Positions 55,574-56,040 of a stretch of DNA of 56,040 nt are shown one piece after another. The position numbers and the translations under genes are program-made. Origin of the DNA: an uncultured bacterium. Its GTDB lineage: Bacteria; Cyanobacteriota; Vampirovibrionia; Gastranaerophilales; Gastranaerophilaceae. The notes beneath the pieces are model-generated. The model did not search any database and was not told the DNA's origin. It saw only the letters and a program-made list of their open reading frames with translations. The stretch lies in contig CADBPN010000131.1 of the NCBI GenBank assembly GCA_902796585.1, positions 1 through 56,040 on the forward strand. The letters run 5' to 3'. The first letter of the stretch is position 1, and the number at the start of each line of letters is the position of its first letter.

Positions 55574-56040
55574 ATGGCTGAAAAAAGAGTATGGCTATTC
55601 AAAGAAGGTAACGCTGATATGCGTGCACTCCTCGGCGGTAAAGGTGCTAACCTTGCAGAAATGACTAATTTAGGTCTTCCTGTTCCTCCGGGACTTACTA
55701 TCACAACTGAAACTTGTATGGATTACATTAACCATGGCAATAAAATGCCGGCAGGTTTAATGGACGAAGTAAAATTCGCACTTAAAACTGTTGAAGAACA
55801 AGCAGGTAAGAAATTTGGCGATTTAAACAATCCGCTTTTGGTTTCTGTTCGTTCAGGCGCAAGAGTATCAATGCCGGGTATGATGGAAACAATTCTAAAC
55901 TTAGGTTTAAACGATGAAACAGTGGAAGCGATGGTTAAACTAACTAACAATCCGCGTTTCTGCTACGATTCATATAGAAGATTTTTAACAATGTTTGGTT
56001 CTGTTGCTTGGGAAATGGACAGACAAAAATATTTTGAATC
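55574..56040 (+). CDS. ppdK: Pyruvate phosphate dikinase, 5' partial
   Basis: Manual translation MAEKRVWLF...[41 protein letters not shown]. Confidence 0.96.
   Translation, partial: MAEKRVWLFKEGNADMRALLGGKGANLAEMTNLGLPVPPGLTITTETCMDYINHGNKMPAGLMDEVKFALKTVEEQAGKKFGDLNNPLLVSVRSGARVSMPGMMETILNLGLNDETVEAMVKLTNNPRFCYDSYRRFLTMFGSVAWEMDRQKYFE

Noticed and set aside
1207-55950. Many 60-180-aa antisense or alternate-frame ORFs in the track
   Set aside because: They are shadows of well-supported genes, e.g. 55495 and 55723 opposite ppdK, 22765 opposite trkA

Overview
AT-rich bacterial chromosome segment, most likely from a non-photosynthetic cyanobacterial relative (Vampirovibrionia/Melainabacteria, Gastranaerophilales-like). 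That placement is my inference from cyanobacteria-like proteins, diderm markers (kdsA, TonB/ExbBD), ppdK and the absence of photosynthesis genes. Most of the window is housekeeping with scrambled gene order: rpsE-rpmD-rplO-secY, rpmE, kdsA, comM, rnhA, trmFO, ileS, thiL, trkAH, der, rpsF-ssb-rpsR, alaS, yidC, clpP, rdgB, ppdK. The unusual layer has five parts. (1) An isolated flhB + fliA-like pair, a Maf-like protein and a PilZ protein, with no other flagellar genes in the window. (2) A strictly spaced promoter-like motif GGCAATTT...CTTTATATA (18-nt spacer) in front of four unrelated genes that lack Sec signals: a glycine-zipper/LysM-like protein, a RelA/SpoT-like synthetase with a small coupled partner, a Cys-His-Asn/beta-barrel protein and an RHH regulator. 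(3) HLR1-like (RpaB-type) direct repeats beside several of these promoters. (4) Two candidate sRNAs, one GGA-rich and one anti-SD-rich. (5) An rpsR with no canonical start codon, and degenerate PurD-like and GspE-like proteins. Working hypothesis, untested: an alternative-sigma regulon feeding a flagellum-derived export system with effector/immunity-like cargo. No CRISPR array, rRNA, tRNA or transposase was recognised.
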